This document shows, piece by piece, positions 49,736-62,925 of a DNA stretch of 64,000 nucleotides. Source of the DNA: an uncultured Trueperaceae bacterium. GTDB lineage: Bacteria; Deinococcota; Deinococci; Deinococcales; Trueperaceae. The DNA is taken from assembly GCA_963727505.1 (NCBI GenBank), contig CAVSGP010000004.1:864001-928000 (forward strand), in the 5' to 3' direction. The notes below the pieces were generated by a model that was not told the DNA's origin, ran no database searches, and saw only the letters and a list, made by a program, of their open reading frames with translations. Numbering within the stretch: the stretch's first letter is position 1; every line of letters starts with the position of its first letter. The translations under genes were made by a program, and so were the position numbers.

Positions 49736-50337
49736 ACTCTGGGGGCCACCTCCTTCAGGACCGACCGTAGGAAGCGGCTCATCTCACCGTAGAAACCGCT
49801 GTCATCGGCCTCCGACACGGCGTCGGCGAAGCGCGCGAACCAGGCGGACAGGTACGTCGACGCCACCGCCGCCGCGGCGCCGACGCGTCCGCGCTCGAGC
49901 AGTAGCTCGACCGCCTCCGCCACGGCCGCGACGTGATCGGGCAGCTCGCGCCATTCCGGACGGACGCGCAACCCCAGCGACTCCAGGTCGGAGCGCAGGC
50001 GCTGCACGCTGGGACCCAGCAGCTCGGCGTCGCGCGCCAGCCCCACGTAGGGGGGTGCGGGAACGCCGCCGGCACGGCTCACGAAGAGCGCGACGTAGGC
50101 GGTGCGCAGCGTGTCGAAATCGGGCGGCGCGTGCGGGCCGCGCGGCTCCTCGAGGCCGGCATAGTGCGCCAAGGCGTCGGTGACGCTCCGCAGGCGTCCG
50201 CTGACGAGGTCGTCGCGCAGCCCCTCGCCCGGCGAGCGGTAGAGGGCGGCCACGACCTGGCAGGCCGCCGCCAGAGCGTCCGCCGATCGATCGCCGTAGA
50301 CGGGTCCCTGCGGGTCCAGCGAGTTCAAGACCTCCAT
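49732..50337 (-). CDS. TorD/DmsD family molybdoenzyme chaperone
   Basis: Y..LF...APPY and ELPDHVA motifs; first gene of the psr operon. Confidence 0.85.
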   Translation of the reverse strand: MEVLNSLDPQGPVYGDRSADALAAACQVVAALYRSPGEGLRDDLVSGRLRSVTDALAHYAGLEEPRGPHAPPDFDTLRTAYVALFVSRAGGVPAPPYVGLARDAELLGPSVQRLRSDLESLGLRVRPEWRELPDHVAAVAEAVELLLERGRVGAAAAVASTYLSAWFARFADAVSEADDSGFYGEMSRFLRSVLKEVAPRV

Positions 50338-50391
50338 CAACACGACCTCCCCAGTCGCTTCAACGCTAGGGCCGAGGTCGGGTAGGGCCAA

Positions 50392-50405
50392 GGGCAAAAC
50401 GTCCC
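50392..50405. promoter_or_regulatory. GGGAC-N4-GTCCC-type box at the psr promoter
   Basis: GGGCAAAACGTCCC; minus-strand -10 TAGCGT at 50363-50368. Confidence 0.5.
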
Positions 50406-50674
50406 CTACGGCATCGCTCGATCCCAGGGGCATCGAGAAGGCCGTCCCGACGCCGCTCGGCGGCGGCGCCAGGCGAGCGTCCGAATGCCGGAGGACGCGG
50501 GAAGCGCCGAGGTTCCTATGAATCCCGAAAGGACATTCTTACCTGTACCCTGCCTCCCGACCCCACCTAGCATGAGCCGAGGGTGTCCTGCGCGAGAGCT
50601 TTCCTCCACGACCACGGCGCGGGTTGCGCCCGTCGGGCCGGCCCGCAGCGGCCGCCCCGGGGGAGAGGCTCGAC

Positions 50675-51340
50675 ATGACGAAGCAACCGGTCAGAGGACG
50701 CCGCAAGGGGACCAAGACCGCGGTCTCCAAAGCGTCCGCGACGCGCAAGCGCCGCGCTGCCGACGAGCCGGGAACCGTACAGGACCCGCGCCCGGTACTG
50801 CTTCTGGGAGTCGGCAACATCCTCTACGGCGACGAGGGACTCGGCGTGTACGTCGTGCACCGACTTCGCCGCGCTTACAAGATCCCCCCTGCGCTGCGGA
50901 TCATCGACGGAGGCGCGGCCGGCTGGCATCTCGAGCCCTACATCGCCGAGGCCCGGCGCGTCGTCATCGTCGACGCGGTGGCCGGCGAGGCGGGTTCGAT
51001 CTACCGCTTCAGCCATCGCGACATCCCCGCGAGCGTCCAGAAGACCACGCTGATGTCCCATGAACTCGAGGTCGGCGAGCTTCTCAAGGTCATGGATACC
51101 CAGGGCGAGCTCCCCCCCACCCGCATCATCGCCATGGGCGTGACGCCGACCACCTCCGCGCTCGATCACCTGTCGATGGGCCTCTCCCCCGAGGTCGAGA
51201 CGCGCCTTCCGGCGCTGGAGCTGGTGCTCCTGGCGGAGCTCGCCGACGCCGGAGTGCTCTTGGAGCCGCGGAGCCGACCGCTCGCGGAGGCGCAGGCCCC
51301 ATCGGGTGCCCGACGGCCGCGCCGTGGGCAGCATGCATGA
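50675..51340 (+). CDS. [NiFe]-hydrogenase maturation protease (HyaD/HybD family)
   Basis: LGVGNILYGDEGLG, IDGG, IVDAV, SHE motifs. Confidence 0.9.
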   Translation: MTKQPVRGRRKGTKTAVSKASATRKRRAADEPGTVQDPRPVLLLGVGNILYGDEGLGVYVVHRLRRAYKIPPALRIIDGGAAGWHLEPYIAEARRVVIVDAVAGEAGSIYRFSHRDIPASVQKTTLMSHELEVGELLKVMDTQGELPPTRIIAMGVTPTTSALDHLSMGLSPEVETRLPALELVLLAELADAGVLLEPRSRPLAEAQAPSGARRPRRGQHA

Positions 51341-51680
51341 ACTCTCCATCGCCCGCTCCGTCGTAGATCTCGCTGTCCAAGCCGCAAGCGACGATGCCGC
51401 CGAGCGCATCCTGCGGGTCGGCGTTCGCGTCGGCGCCTTCTCCGGGGTCGACGCCGGCGCCCTCGACAGCGCCTTCCAGGTGGCGCGCCTCGGCACCGCG
51501 GCCGAGGCGGCTGCGTTGGAGATCGACACCGTCCCCCTGGTGTGCCACTGCGAAGGGTGCGACGTCGACTTCGACGTCGACGACCGTCACGGCGTCGCGC
51601 GCTGCCCGCGCTGCGGAGTCCCGAGCGGCGATATCCGCAGCGGCATGGAGCTCGAAGTGAGTTTCGTCGAGGTGATGTGA
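51333..51680 (+). CDS. hypA: Hydrogenase nickel incorporation protein
   Basis: MHELSIA N-terminus, CEGC and CPRC, G.EL. Confidence 0.95.
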   Translation: MHELSIARSVVDLAVQAASDDAAERILRVGVRVGAFSGVDAGALDSAFQVARLGTAAEAAALEIDTVPLVCHCEGCDVDFDVDDRHGVARCPRCGVPSGDIRSGMELEVSFVEVM

Positions 51681-51681
51681 G

Positions 51682-52404
51682 ATGAGCGACCGACGTACCA
51701 TCGGTATCAGCCTGCTGTCCGATCGCAACGACGAGCGCGGCCGCCTCCTCGAGGTCGAGAAGGGCGTGCTGGCACGCAACCAGGAGATCGCTGCGGAGAA
51801 CCGCGCGCGCTTCGCGAGCGCGGGGCTCAGCGTCCTGAACGTGCTGTCCTCGCCAGGATCGGGCAAGACCACCTTCCTGGCAAGGTTGCTGGGGGACCGC
51901 CACGACCTCCCAGCCGCGGTCATCGTCGGCGATCTCGCCACGGACAACGACGCCGAGCGCCTGCGCGAGGGTGGCGCGGACGTGGTGCAGATCACCACCG
52001 GCGGGGTGTGTCACCTCGAGGCCGCCATGGTCGCGGGCGCGGTCGAGCGGCTCGAGCTCGACGGGAAGCGCCTTCTCATCATCGAGAACGTCGGCAACCT
52101 GGTCTGCCCCGCGGCCTACGACCTCGGGGAGGGCTTCCGGGTGGTGCTGGTCTCGGTCACCGAGGGGGAGGACAAGCCCCTCAAGTACCCGCGCATGTTC
52201 AAGACCGCCGACGTGGTCGTGATCAACAAGATGGACATCGCCGAGGCGGTCGGCTTCGACCGCGACAGCCTGCGCGCCAACCTCGCCGCGGTGTGCCCGC
52301 AGGCGACGGTCTTCGAGGTCTCCGCACGCACCGGTGCCGGCATGCCGGCGTTCTACGCCCATCTCGACGAGCACATCGCAGGTAGGGCCGTGCCCCTTGA
52401 CTAA
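51682..52404 (+). CDS. hypB: Hydrogenase nickel incorporation GTPase
   Basis: SSPGSGKTT, CHLEA, IENVGNLVCPA, EGEDKPLKYP, NKMD. Confidence 0.95.
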   Translation: MSDRRTIGISLLSDRNDERGRLLEVEKGVLARNQEIAAENRARFASAGLSVLNVLSSPGSGKTTFLARLLGDRHDLPAAVIVGDLATDNDAERLREGGADVVQITTGGVCHLEAAMVAGAVERLELDGKRLLIIENVGNLVCPAAYDLGEGFRVVLVSVTEGEDKPLKYPRMFKTADVVVINKMDIAEAVGFDRDSLRANLAAVCPQATVFEVSARTGAGMPAFYAHLDEHIAGRAVPLD

Positions 52405-54703
52405 CACCGTCCTGGGCAGCCAGCGCGTCCGGATCCGGGTGCAGGGCGTGGTGCAGGGCGTGGGCTTCCGACCCTTCGTCTACCTGCTGGCGCACCGTCA
52501 CGGGCTGGCGGGCTGGGTGTTGAACGACGCTCAGGGCGTGCTGATCGAAGCGATCGGAAGCCCGCAGGCGCTGGCAGCGTTCACCGCAGCCCTTCGAGAT
52601 GAGCCGCCGGGCGCGGCACGGGTGGGCAGCGTCAGGACACTGGAGCGCGAGCCGTTCGACGCACCGGGGCCTCCTTCTTTCTTGATCCGCGAGAGCGCCG
52701 AGGGGGGCGCCGTCACCACCCTGATCTCCCCGGACCTGGCGATCTGCGACGCCTGCCTGGAGGAGCTGTTCGACCCCCGCGACCCGCGCTACGGCTACCC
52801 GTACATCAACTGCACGCACTGCGGCCCGCGCTACTCGATCATCGAGGCCCTCCCGTACGATCGCCCGAAGACCACCATGGCGGCCTGGCCGCTGTGCGAG
52901 CGTTGCGCCGAGGAGTACGCCGATCCGGCGAACCGGCGCTTCCACGCGCAGCCCGTGGCCTGTCCTCGTTGCGGCCCAGACTACCGGCTGCTGGACGCCG
53001 ACGGCACGCCCCTCACCGCACGCGACTCGATCCTCCAGGCCGCGCGGCTGCTGGCCGAGGGTGCCATCGTCGCGCTCAAGGGTATCGGTGGCTACCACCT
53101 CGCGTGCGACGCCCGGAACCCGACGAGCGTTGCGGCGCTCCGCCAGCGCAAGGTCCGCAAGGAGAAGCCGTTCGCACTCATGGCCAGAGATCTCGCCTCG
53201 GCCCGCGAAGCGCTGAGCGTCTCGGCGGCCGAGGCCGCCGCGCTGCTGTCCCCGGCCCGCCCCATCGTGCTGCTCGACCGCAGCGGCGCCGGCCTGCCCG
53301 AGGCGTTGGCGCCCGGCAATGCCGATCTCGGGCTCATGCTCCCCTACGCCCCGCTCCACCATCTGCTGTTCGCGGCTGGCGCGCCGGAGTTGCTGGTCAT
53401 GACCAGCGCCAACCGCGCCTCCGAACCGATCGCCTACCGCGACGAGGAGGCGCTCCGGGTGCTGGCCGGTCTGGCGGACGCCTTCCTCGTCGGGGAGCGA
53501 GGCATCGCGCGGCGCGTGGACGACTCCGTGGCGGCGCTGTTGGACGGCCGGATCACCCTGCTCCGGCGTTCCCGCGGCTTCGCCCCCGAGAGCGTCGTCG
53601 ACGACCCGCGCTTCGCCGGGGATCTCCCCATCCTGGCGCTCGGCGCAGGCCTGAAGAACGCCATCACGCTGGCGGTGGCAGGGCATGCCTTCGTCAGCCA
53701 GCACCTGGGGGATCTCGACCAGGTAGGGGCGTTGCTCGCGTTCGAGGAGACGGTGCACGATCTGTGCGCCATGTACGGCGTCGACCCCGCCCGTGCGCAG
53801 GTGGTGGCCGACCTCCACCCAGACTACGGCTCCAGCCGGCTGGCCGGGGGGCTGGGCGGACCCACGATGCGGGTGCAGCACCACCGCGCCCACGTCGCCT
53901 CGGTGCTGGCCGAACGACGCGCCTGGGAATCGGTGGTGGTGGGGGTCGCCTTCGACGGCGCGGGGCTGGGGGAGGACGGCACCGTGTGGGGTGGCGAGGC
54001 GTTCGCGGGCAGCCTGGCGACCGGCCTCGCGCGCGTGGCTCATCTACGTCCCGCGCCGCTGCCCGGCGGGGACGGCGCAGCAAGGCGGCCCGCTCAGGCC
54101 GCGGTCGGTTTCCTGTGGGGGCAACCCGCTAACGTGGCGTGGCGCGAGCTGCTGCCGAGCGAAACGGTGGCGCTCGCCGGTCGCCTGATCGAAACGGGGG
54201 CGCGCACGCCGCAGACGACCAGCGTGGGACGGCTCTTCGACACGGCAGCCGCGTTGCTTGGTTTCGAGCGAGCGATGACCTTCGAAGGGCAAGCGGCGAT
54301 GTTCCTGGAATCGCTGGCGCGAGGCCTCGGGGCATCGGGCAGCGTCGAGGAGGGCTATCCGCTACCGTTCGACCACGGCGTCTGGGACCATCGGCCGCTG
54401 CTGGCGGCGCTGGTGGCCGACGTGCGCCGGGGGGTGGACACGCCGACCTGCGCACGGCGGTTCCATGCCGGCGTCGCGCAGGGAGTGGCCCGTGGCGCCG
54501 CCGACCTGGCCGAGGAGCACGGCACCCGAACGGTGGTGCTGTCGGGAGGGGTGTGGCAGAACCGCTTGCTGCACGCTTCGGCCGTGGCGGGCTTGCGCGC
54601 GCTCGGGCTCGAGGTGTGGTGGAACCACAAGGTGCCGCCTGGCGACGGCGGCATCTCCCTGGGGCAGGCGGCGTTGGCCGCCGCATCCCGACCGATTTCT
54701 TGA
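52397..54703 (+). CDS. hypF: Carbamoyltransferase
   Basis: GVVQGVGFRPF, zinc-finger CxxC pairs, RRFHAQPVAC, DLHPDY, QHH.AH, DGGISLGQA; start uncertain. Confidence 0.95.
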   Translation: MTNTVLGSQRVRIRVQGVVQGVGFRPFVYLLAHRHGLAGWVLNDAQGVLIEAIGSPQALAAFTAALRDEPPGAARVGSVRTLEREPFDAPGPPSFLIRESAEGGAVTTLISPDLAICDACLEELFDPRDPRYGYPYINCTHCGPRYSIIEALPYDRPKTTMAAWPLCERCAEEYADPANRRFHAQPVACPRCGPDYRLLDADGTPLTARDSILQAARLLAEGAIVALKGIGGYHLACDARNPTSVAALRQRKVRKEKPFALMARDLASAREALSVSAAEAAALLSPARPIVLLDRSGAGLPEALAPGNADLGLMLPYAPLHHLLFAAGAPELLVMTSANRASEPIAYRDEEALRVLAGLADAFLVGERGIARRVDDSVAALLDGRITLLRRSRGFAPESVVDDPRFAGDLPILALGAGLKNAITLAVAGHAFVSQHLGDLDQVGALLAFEETVHDLCAMYGVDPARAQVVADLHPDYGSSRLAGGLGGPTMRVQHHRAHVASVLAERRAWESVVVGVAFDGAGLGEDGTVWGGEAFAGSLATGLARVAHLRPAPLPGGDGAARRPAQAAVGFLWGQPANVAWRELLPSETVALAGRLIETGARTPQTTSVGRLFDTAAALLGFERAMTFEGQAAMFLESLARGLGASGSVEEGYPLPFDHGVWDHRPLLAALVADVRRGVDTPTCARRFHAGVAQGVARGAADLAEEHGTRTVVLSGGVWQNRLLHASAVAGLRALGLEVWWNHKVPPGDGGISLGQAALAAASRPIS

Positions 54704-54715
54704 AGGAGACGGACC

Positions 54716-54991
54716 ATGTGCCTTGGCATCCCCTATGAGGTCCTGGAAGTGCTCGATCGCGACAGCTGCCACGTGCGAGTGGGGACCGGCGCGCAACCGT
54801 GCTTCACCGGCCTCGTCGACCCGGTGGCGCCAGGCGACTGGGTGCTGGTCCACGCCGGCTTCGCGCTCCGGCGCATCGAGCCCGAGGACGCGCGCGCCAA
54901 CCTGGACTTGATCCGGCGGGCGCTTGCGGCCCCGGAAGCGGCCACCCGCGCAAGCCCGGAGAGCGACGCACCGCGGCAGGACGAACCGTGA
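54716..54991 (+). CDS. hypC: Hydrogenase assembly chaperone
   Basis: MCLGIP and GDWVLVHAGFA. Confidence 0.95.
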   Translation: MCLGIPYEVLEVLDRDSCHVRVGTGAQPCFTGLVDPVAPGDWVLVHAGFALRRIEPEDARANLDLIRRALAAPEAATRASPESDAPRQDEP

Positions 54992-56223
54992 CCGTTCCGC
55001 GTGGAGCGGGTTCCGCGCCTGCCAGTGGAGGGGCCGAATTCCGTCCCGGCGACTACCGCGATGCCGCCTGGGTCCACGCCCTGGCTCGCCGCATCGCCGA
55101 CGTCGCGGCCGAGCTCGACCGGCCGGTCAAGCTGATGCACATCTGCGGCACCCACGAGCACGAGATCGGCCGCTACGGCCTGCGCGACCTGCTCCCGGAC
55201 TCGGTCGAGGTACTGGCCGGTCCAGGCTGCCCGGTGTGCGTGTGCGACAGTGCCTGGATCGATCTGGCCATCGCCCTGGCCGCGATCGACGACGTCATCG
55301 TCACCTCCTTCGGCGACATGCTGGCCGTTCCCGGAACCATCCCCCTGCGCGGGGAGGCCAAAGGCGACGTACGCATGAGCCTGCTCGACGCTCGCGCCCG
55401 CGGTGGCGACGTCCGTGCGGTCACCAGTGTCTTCGAAGCTGCCCGGCTGGCTGCCGAACACCAGGAGCGGCAGGTCGTGTTCTTCTCGGTCGGTTTCGAG
55501 ACCACCGTCGTCGCGACGGCCGCACTGCTGCGCCGGGGCGCCCCACCCAACTTCAGCATCGTGGAGGCCAACTATTTCACCCCGCCCGCCACCCACCTGC
55601 TGCCGACCCTGCCCGGGTTCGACGTCCAAGGCTTCCTCCTCCCGGGACACGCCAGCGCGATCACCGGCACCGGCGTCTACCGCCACCTGCCCGAGCAAGG
55701 GCTGGCGTGCGCGGTCGCCGGCTTCGAGCCGGTCGATGTCCTGGCGGCCGTCCTGGAGCTGCTGGAGCAGCTCGCGCGGGGCCGCCCGCGGCTCGCCAAC
55801 AGCTACCAGAGAGTGGTGGCGCCCGAGGGGAACCCGCGGGCGCTGGCAGAGCTCGATCAGGTCTTCGAGCCGACCACGATGCGCTGGCGCGGCGTCGCCG
55901 ACATCCCAGCGTCCGGTTACCGGCTTCGCCCCGCCTACCGGCAGGCCAGCGCGCAGCTGCGCTTCCCCGCTGCCGCTGCCGTGACGGGGAACGAGCGCGC
56001 CTCCGAGCACCCTGCGGGTTGCCGCTGCGCCGACGTCACCCTGGGGCTGGCCCGCCCCGACGCTTGCGCCCTCTTCGGGCGCCGCTGCTCGCCCGACAAT
56101 CCGTACGGACCCTGCATGGTCAGCCATGAGGGCACCTGCCGCGCCTGGCACCTCTACGGCACCGCGCGCGGCCGCCTGCAGGTCGAGACCGCCGGAGGGA
56201 GCGCCGCCCGTGGGCCGCTATGA
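54988..56223 (+). CDS. hypD: Hydrogenase formation protein
   Basis: CGTH, GPGCPVCV, GFETT, PGH, GPCMVS.EG.C motifs. Confidence 0.95.
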   Translation: MTVPRGAGSAPASGGAEFRPGDYRDAAWVHALARRIADVAAELDRPVKLMHICGTHEHEIGRYGLRDLLPDSVEVLAGPGCPVCVCDSAWIDLAIALAAIDDVIVTSFGDMLAVPGTIPLRGEAKGDVRMSLLDARARGGDVRAVTSVFEAARLAAEHQERQVVFFSVGFETTVVATAALLRRGAPPNFSIVEANYFTPPATHLLPTLPGFDVQGFLLPGHASAITGTGVYRHLPEQGLACAVAGFEPVDVLAAVLELLEQLARGRPRLANSYQRVVAPEGNPRALAELDQVFEPTTMRWRGVADIPASGYRLRPAYRQASAQLRFPAAAAVTGNERASEHPAGCRCADVTLGLARPDACALFGRRCSPDNPYGPCMVSHEGTCRAWHLYGTARGRLQVETAGGSAARGPL

Positions 56224-57223
56224 GTCGATCCGGCTGGCGCACGGAAGTGGCGGTCGCCTCACCGCCGAACTGATCCGCGAGGTCTTCGCCGCCACCTTCG
56301 ACAACGTACCGCTGGCCGCACTCACCGACGCGGCGGTGCTCGACAACCCCGGCGGACGGCTAGCGTTCGCCAGCGACTCGCACGCCGTGAAGCCCTGGCG
56401 CTTCCCTGGCGGGGACATCGGCCGCCTGGCCGTCGCGGGCACCGTCAACGATCTGGCCGTGATGGCGGCCGTTCCGCGCTATCTGTCGGCCGCTTTCATC
56501 CTCGAGGAGGGCTTCCTGGTCGACGATCTCGTGAGCGTGGTGCGTTCCATGAAGCGGACGGCGGATGAGGCCGGGGTCGAAGTGGTGACGGGCGACACCA
56601 AGGTGGTGGAGCGGGGCAAGGGGGACGGCATCTTCATCAACACCACCGGGATCGGCTTCCTCCCACCGGGGCGGGACGTGGGCCCACACCGCCTCACGGC
56701 CGGCGACGCACTGCTCGTGAACGGCACCCTCGGCGACCACGGGCTGGCGGTGCTGGCGGCGCGTGAGGAGCTCGCGTTGGGGACGACGCTCGAGAGCGAC
56801 GTCGCGCCGCTCGGCGGCCTGATCGCAGCGCTGCTGGCGGCGGCCCCAGACGTGCACTTCATGCGTGACCCCACGCGCGGCGGGCTGGCGGCGGTGGCCA
56901 ACGAGATGGTCGCCTCCCGTCCCTTCGGCGTCCGCGTGTGGGACGCGAGAGTGCCCCTGAACCACGACGTGGCCGAGCTGAGCGAGATGCTGGGGATCGA
57001 TCCGCTGCTGGCCGCCAACGAGGGCAAGGTCGTCGTCGCCCTGCCCGCGGACCAGGCAGACGCGGCCCTCGCCGCCCTGCGCGCTCACCCCCTGGGCCGG
57101 AACGCCGCCCTCATCGGCGACCTGGTGCTTCAGCCCGCCGGCATGGCGCTGGTCGAGACGGCCTACGGCAGCCGCAGGGTCCTCGAGATGCCGGTCGAAG
57201 AGCAGCTTCCGAGGATCTGTTGA
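56210..57223 (+). CDS. hypE: Hydrogenase expression/formation protein
   Basis: LAHGSGG, FPGGDIG.LAV.GTVND, GDTKVVE, RDPTRGG, C-terminal LPRIC. Confidence 0.96.
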   Translation: MGRYESIRLAHGSGGRLTAELIREVFAATFDNVPLAALTDAAVLDNPGGRLAFASDSHAVKPWRFPGGDIGRLAVAGTVNDLAVMAAVPRYLSAAFILEEGFLVDDLVSVVRSMKRTADEAGVEVVTGDTKVVERGKGDGIFINTTGIGFLPPGRDVGPHRLTAGDALLVNGTLGDHGLAVLAAREELALGTTLESDVAPLGGLIAALLAAAPDVHFMRDPTRGGLAAVANEMVASRPFGVRVWDARVPLNHDVAELSEMLGIDPLLAANEGKVVVALPADQADAALAALRAHPLGRNAALIGDLVLQPAGMALVETAYGSRRVLEMPVEEQLPRIC

Positions 57224-57347
57224 CCGCCCGACGGCGTCCGAACGCGGCTTTCACCCCGTGCAGGCGGGCGTTCCCTGCTAGAGTGAATAGGATGAAGCGA
57301 GCCGGTCGCGCTTCGCGACCAGGCCGTCGGTGAACCGGAGGTAGCGC

Positions 57348-58199
57348 ATGCGTATTCTGCACCCCACCGACTTCTCGTCCACGGCCGAGAAGGCCCTTGC
57401 CTTGGCTCGTGACCTTCGGCAGCGCCTCGACGGTGAGCTCCACCTGGTGCACGTGCAACAGCGCTTCGAATCGGCGCGCTCCCATCCCTACCTGCAACCG
57501 CAACTCGACAACCTCAACCCCGAGCTGACGCGCCGGGTCGAGCAGGACCGCAAGGACGAGGTCGATCGCCTTCGCAACTCGTTGGAGCACCTCGCCTCTC
57601 CCGACGCCACCGCGGAGTTGCGCTGGGGCGATCCGGTGCGGGAGCTGCTCGATGCCGAGAAGAACGTCGATCTCGTCGTCATGGGAGCCCACGGCGCCAA
57701 CCGCCTCGACAACTACTTCCTGGGTGGCATCGCCGGACGGCTGGTGCGGCGTTCCACGGGCCCCATCATCACCGTCCGTGACGAGGTCCCCTCCCTACAG
57801 GTCCGGCGCGTCCTGGTGGCCACCGACTTCGGCGACGCCTCCCGAGCCGCCTGGGAGTTCTGCCGGCGTCTGGGCCGCAGCGGCATCAAGCTCGTCATCG
57901 CCCACGTGCTCGACGATGCCCGGGTGCGCGACAAACCCGACTACATGAACACCGTGACCGACGCCCTCGATGCGCTCGCGGGCGATGTCGCCGAGCGGCA
58001 TCTCGTGCTCGACGGCAACCCGGCTCGCAAGCTCCCCGCGGCTGCAGATGAGGTCGGTGCCGATCTCATCGCCATCGGCCTACGGCGCCATTCGAGCGCC
58101 ATCGGGCTGCTCCTGGGCAGCCGCGCCGACATGCTCATCCGCAGCAGCGCGGTGCCGGTGCTGAGCGTGCCCCACGAGCACGGTAACGGACGCCCCTAG
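57348..58199 (+). CDS. Tandem-domain universal stress protein
   Basis: ILHPTDFS and VLVATDF repeats; MGAHG...LGG; LLGS. Confidence 0.9.
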   Translation: MRILHPTDFSSTAEKALALARDLRQRLDGELHLVHVQQRFESARSHPYLQPQLDNLNPELTRRVEQDRKDEVDRLRNSLEHLASPDATAELRWGDPVRELLDAEKNVDLVVMGAHGANRLDNYFLGGIAGRLVRRSTGPIITVRDEVPSLQVRRVLVATDFGDASRAAWEFCRRLGRSGIKLVIAHVLDDARVRDKPDYMNTVTDALDALAGDVAERHLVLDGNPARKLPAAADEVGADLIAIGLRRHSSAIGLLLGSRADMLIRSSAVPVLSVPHEHGNGRP

Positions 58200-58341
58200 G
58201 CGAGAACGGCGGCCGAGCGGAGCCTCACGTGGCCGCCGTCCCACCAGGGACGCTAGCGGTCGCCGCAGCGCTCGTCATCGGGGGCTGTCCGACATGGGTT
58301 GTACGGGTTTCTTGGACGAACCGTGTGCGCCAACTCCAGGC

Positions 58342-58629
58342 TCAGACCTCGGGGATGCCGAAGCGGGGCGCCTCCTCGACGTGCACCGCGCCGTCCTCCA
58401 CGCGCACGTAGCGGAACTGCTCCAGCTCTTGCAGCGCCGCTTCGACGCTCGCCGGTGCGTCCCGACAGTGCCGCGCGATGTCCCTCACGCGACAACCGTT
58501 TCCCAGCAACGTCACCGACCCGAACACCCCTTTGGCCGCCAGGCTCAGCCGTTCGTCGTCGATGACGATGTCGCTGGACCGCATCCTGGGTCGCGCATCG
58601 GCCTTGCCCTCGAGGGGGGTCCTGGTCAT
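58342..58629 (-). CDS. Small HTH-domain protein (hypothetical)
   Basis: DERLSLAAKGVF...IA......SVEAALQELEQFRYV pattern of winged-helix domains; start uncertain. Confidence 0.55.
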   Translation of the reverse strand: MTRTPLEGKADARPRMRSSDIVIDDERLSLAAKGVFGSVTLLGNGCRVRDIARHCRDAPASVEAALQELEQFRYVRVEDGAVHVEEAPRFGIPEV

Positions 58630-58716
58630 AGAGGCCACGCTACCGGGCGCCGACCATGAAGGCAATGAACAAATCGTCACGACGCGCGGCACCGACGGCC
58701 CCGAGCGGTTCCTCGC

Positions 58717-60363
<1,647 letters not shown>

Positions 60364-60563
60364 GAGGACCTCCTTCCGAGCGACACGCCCACCTTACACC
60401 CCGGCCCGTGCGCGCTTCCGGGGCCCGGGGACCGGCTCCGGGTCGCGTGCGGTGCCTCGTGGTACACTTTCGCTTGCGTTTCGAACCGGAGAAGGATCCG
60501 TGTCACGGCACGTTGAATCGTGGCCCGATCCCTGCGGAACCACGACTTGACCCTGGAGGCAAG

Positions 60564-62669
<2,106 letters not shown>

Positions 62670-62925
62670 CGCAGCGGCCCGTACGGGCCTCGACGCACGT
62701 TCTTCCCGCGGGGTGGCGCACGGCGCCGCCCCGCGGCTCGCTTGCGCGTCAACGCGCGACGCCACCCTCGCGCCGTTCGGGCCCGTGTTGTCGAAGGGAA
62801 GGTCGTTCTTTGAGGGGGCGCCCGTCGCCTCGTGCGGCCCAACTTTCCAATTATAGCGCAAGCCCGGTCCGCGCACTAGGACCCGGGACCCCGAGTGGTC
62901 TGCCGGACCGGACTATCATCGCATT

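Noticed and set aside
47510..49792. Long antisense ORFs (this 760-aa frame, 60360-62876, 24030-26000 and many others in the track)
   Set aside because: Shadow frames of well-supported genes, expected at this GC content; no recognisable motifs.
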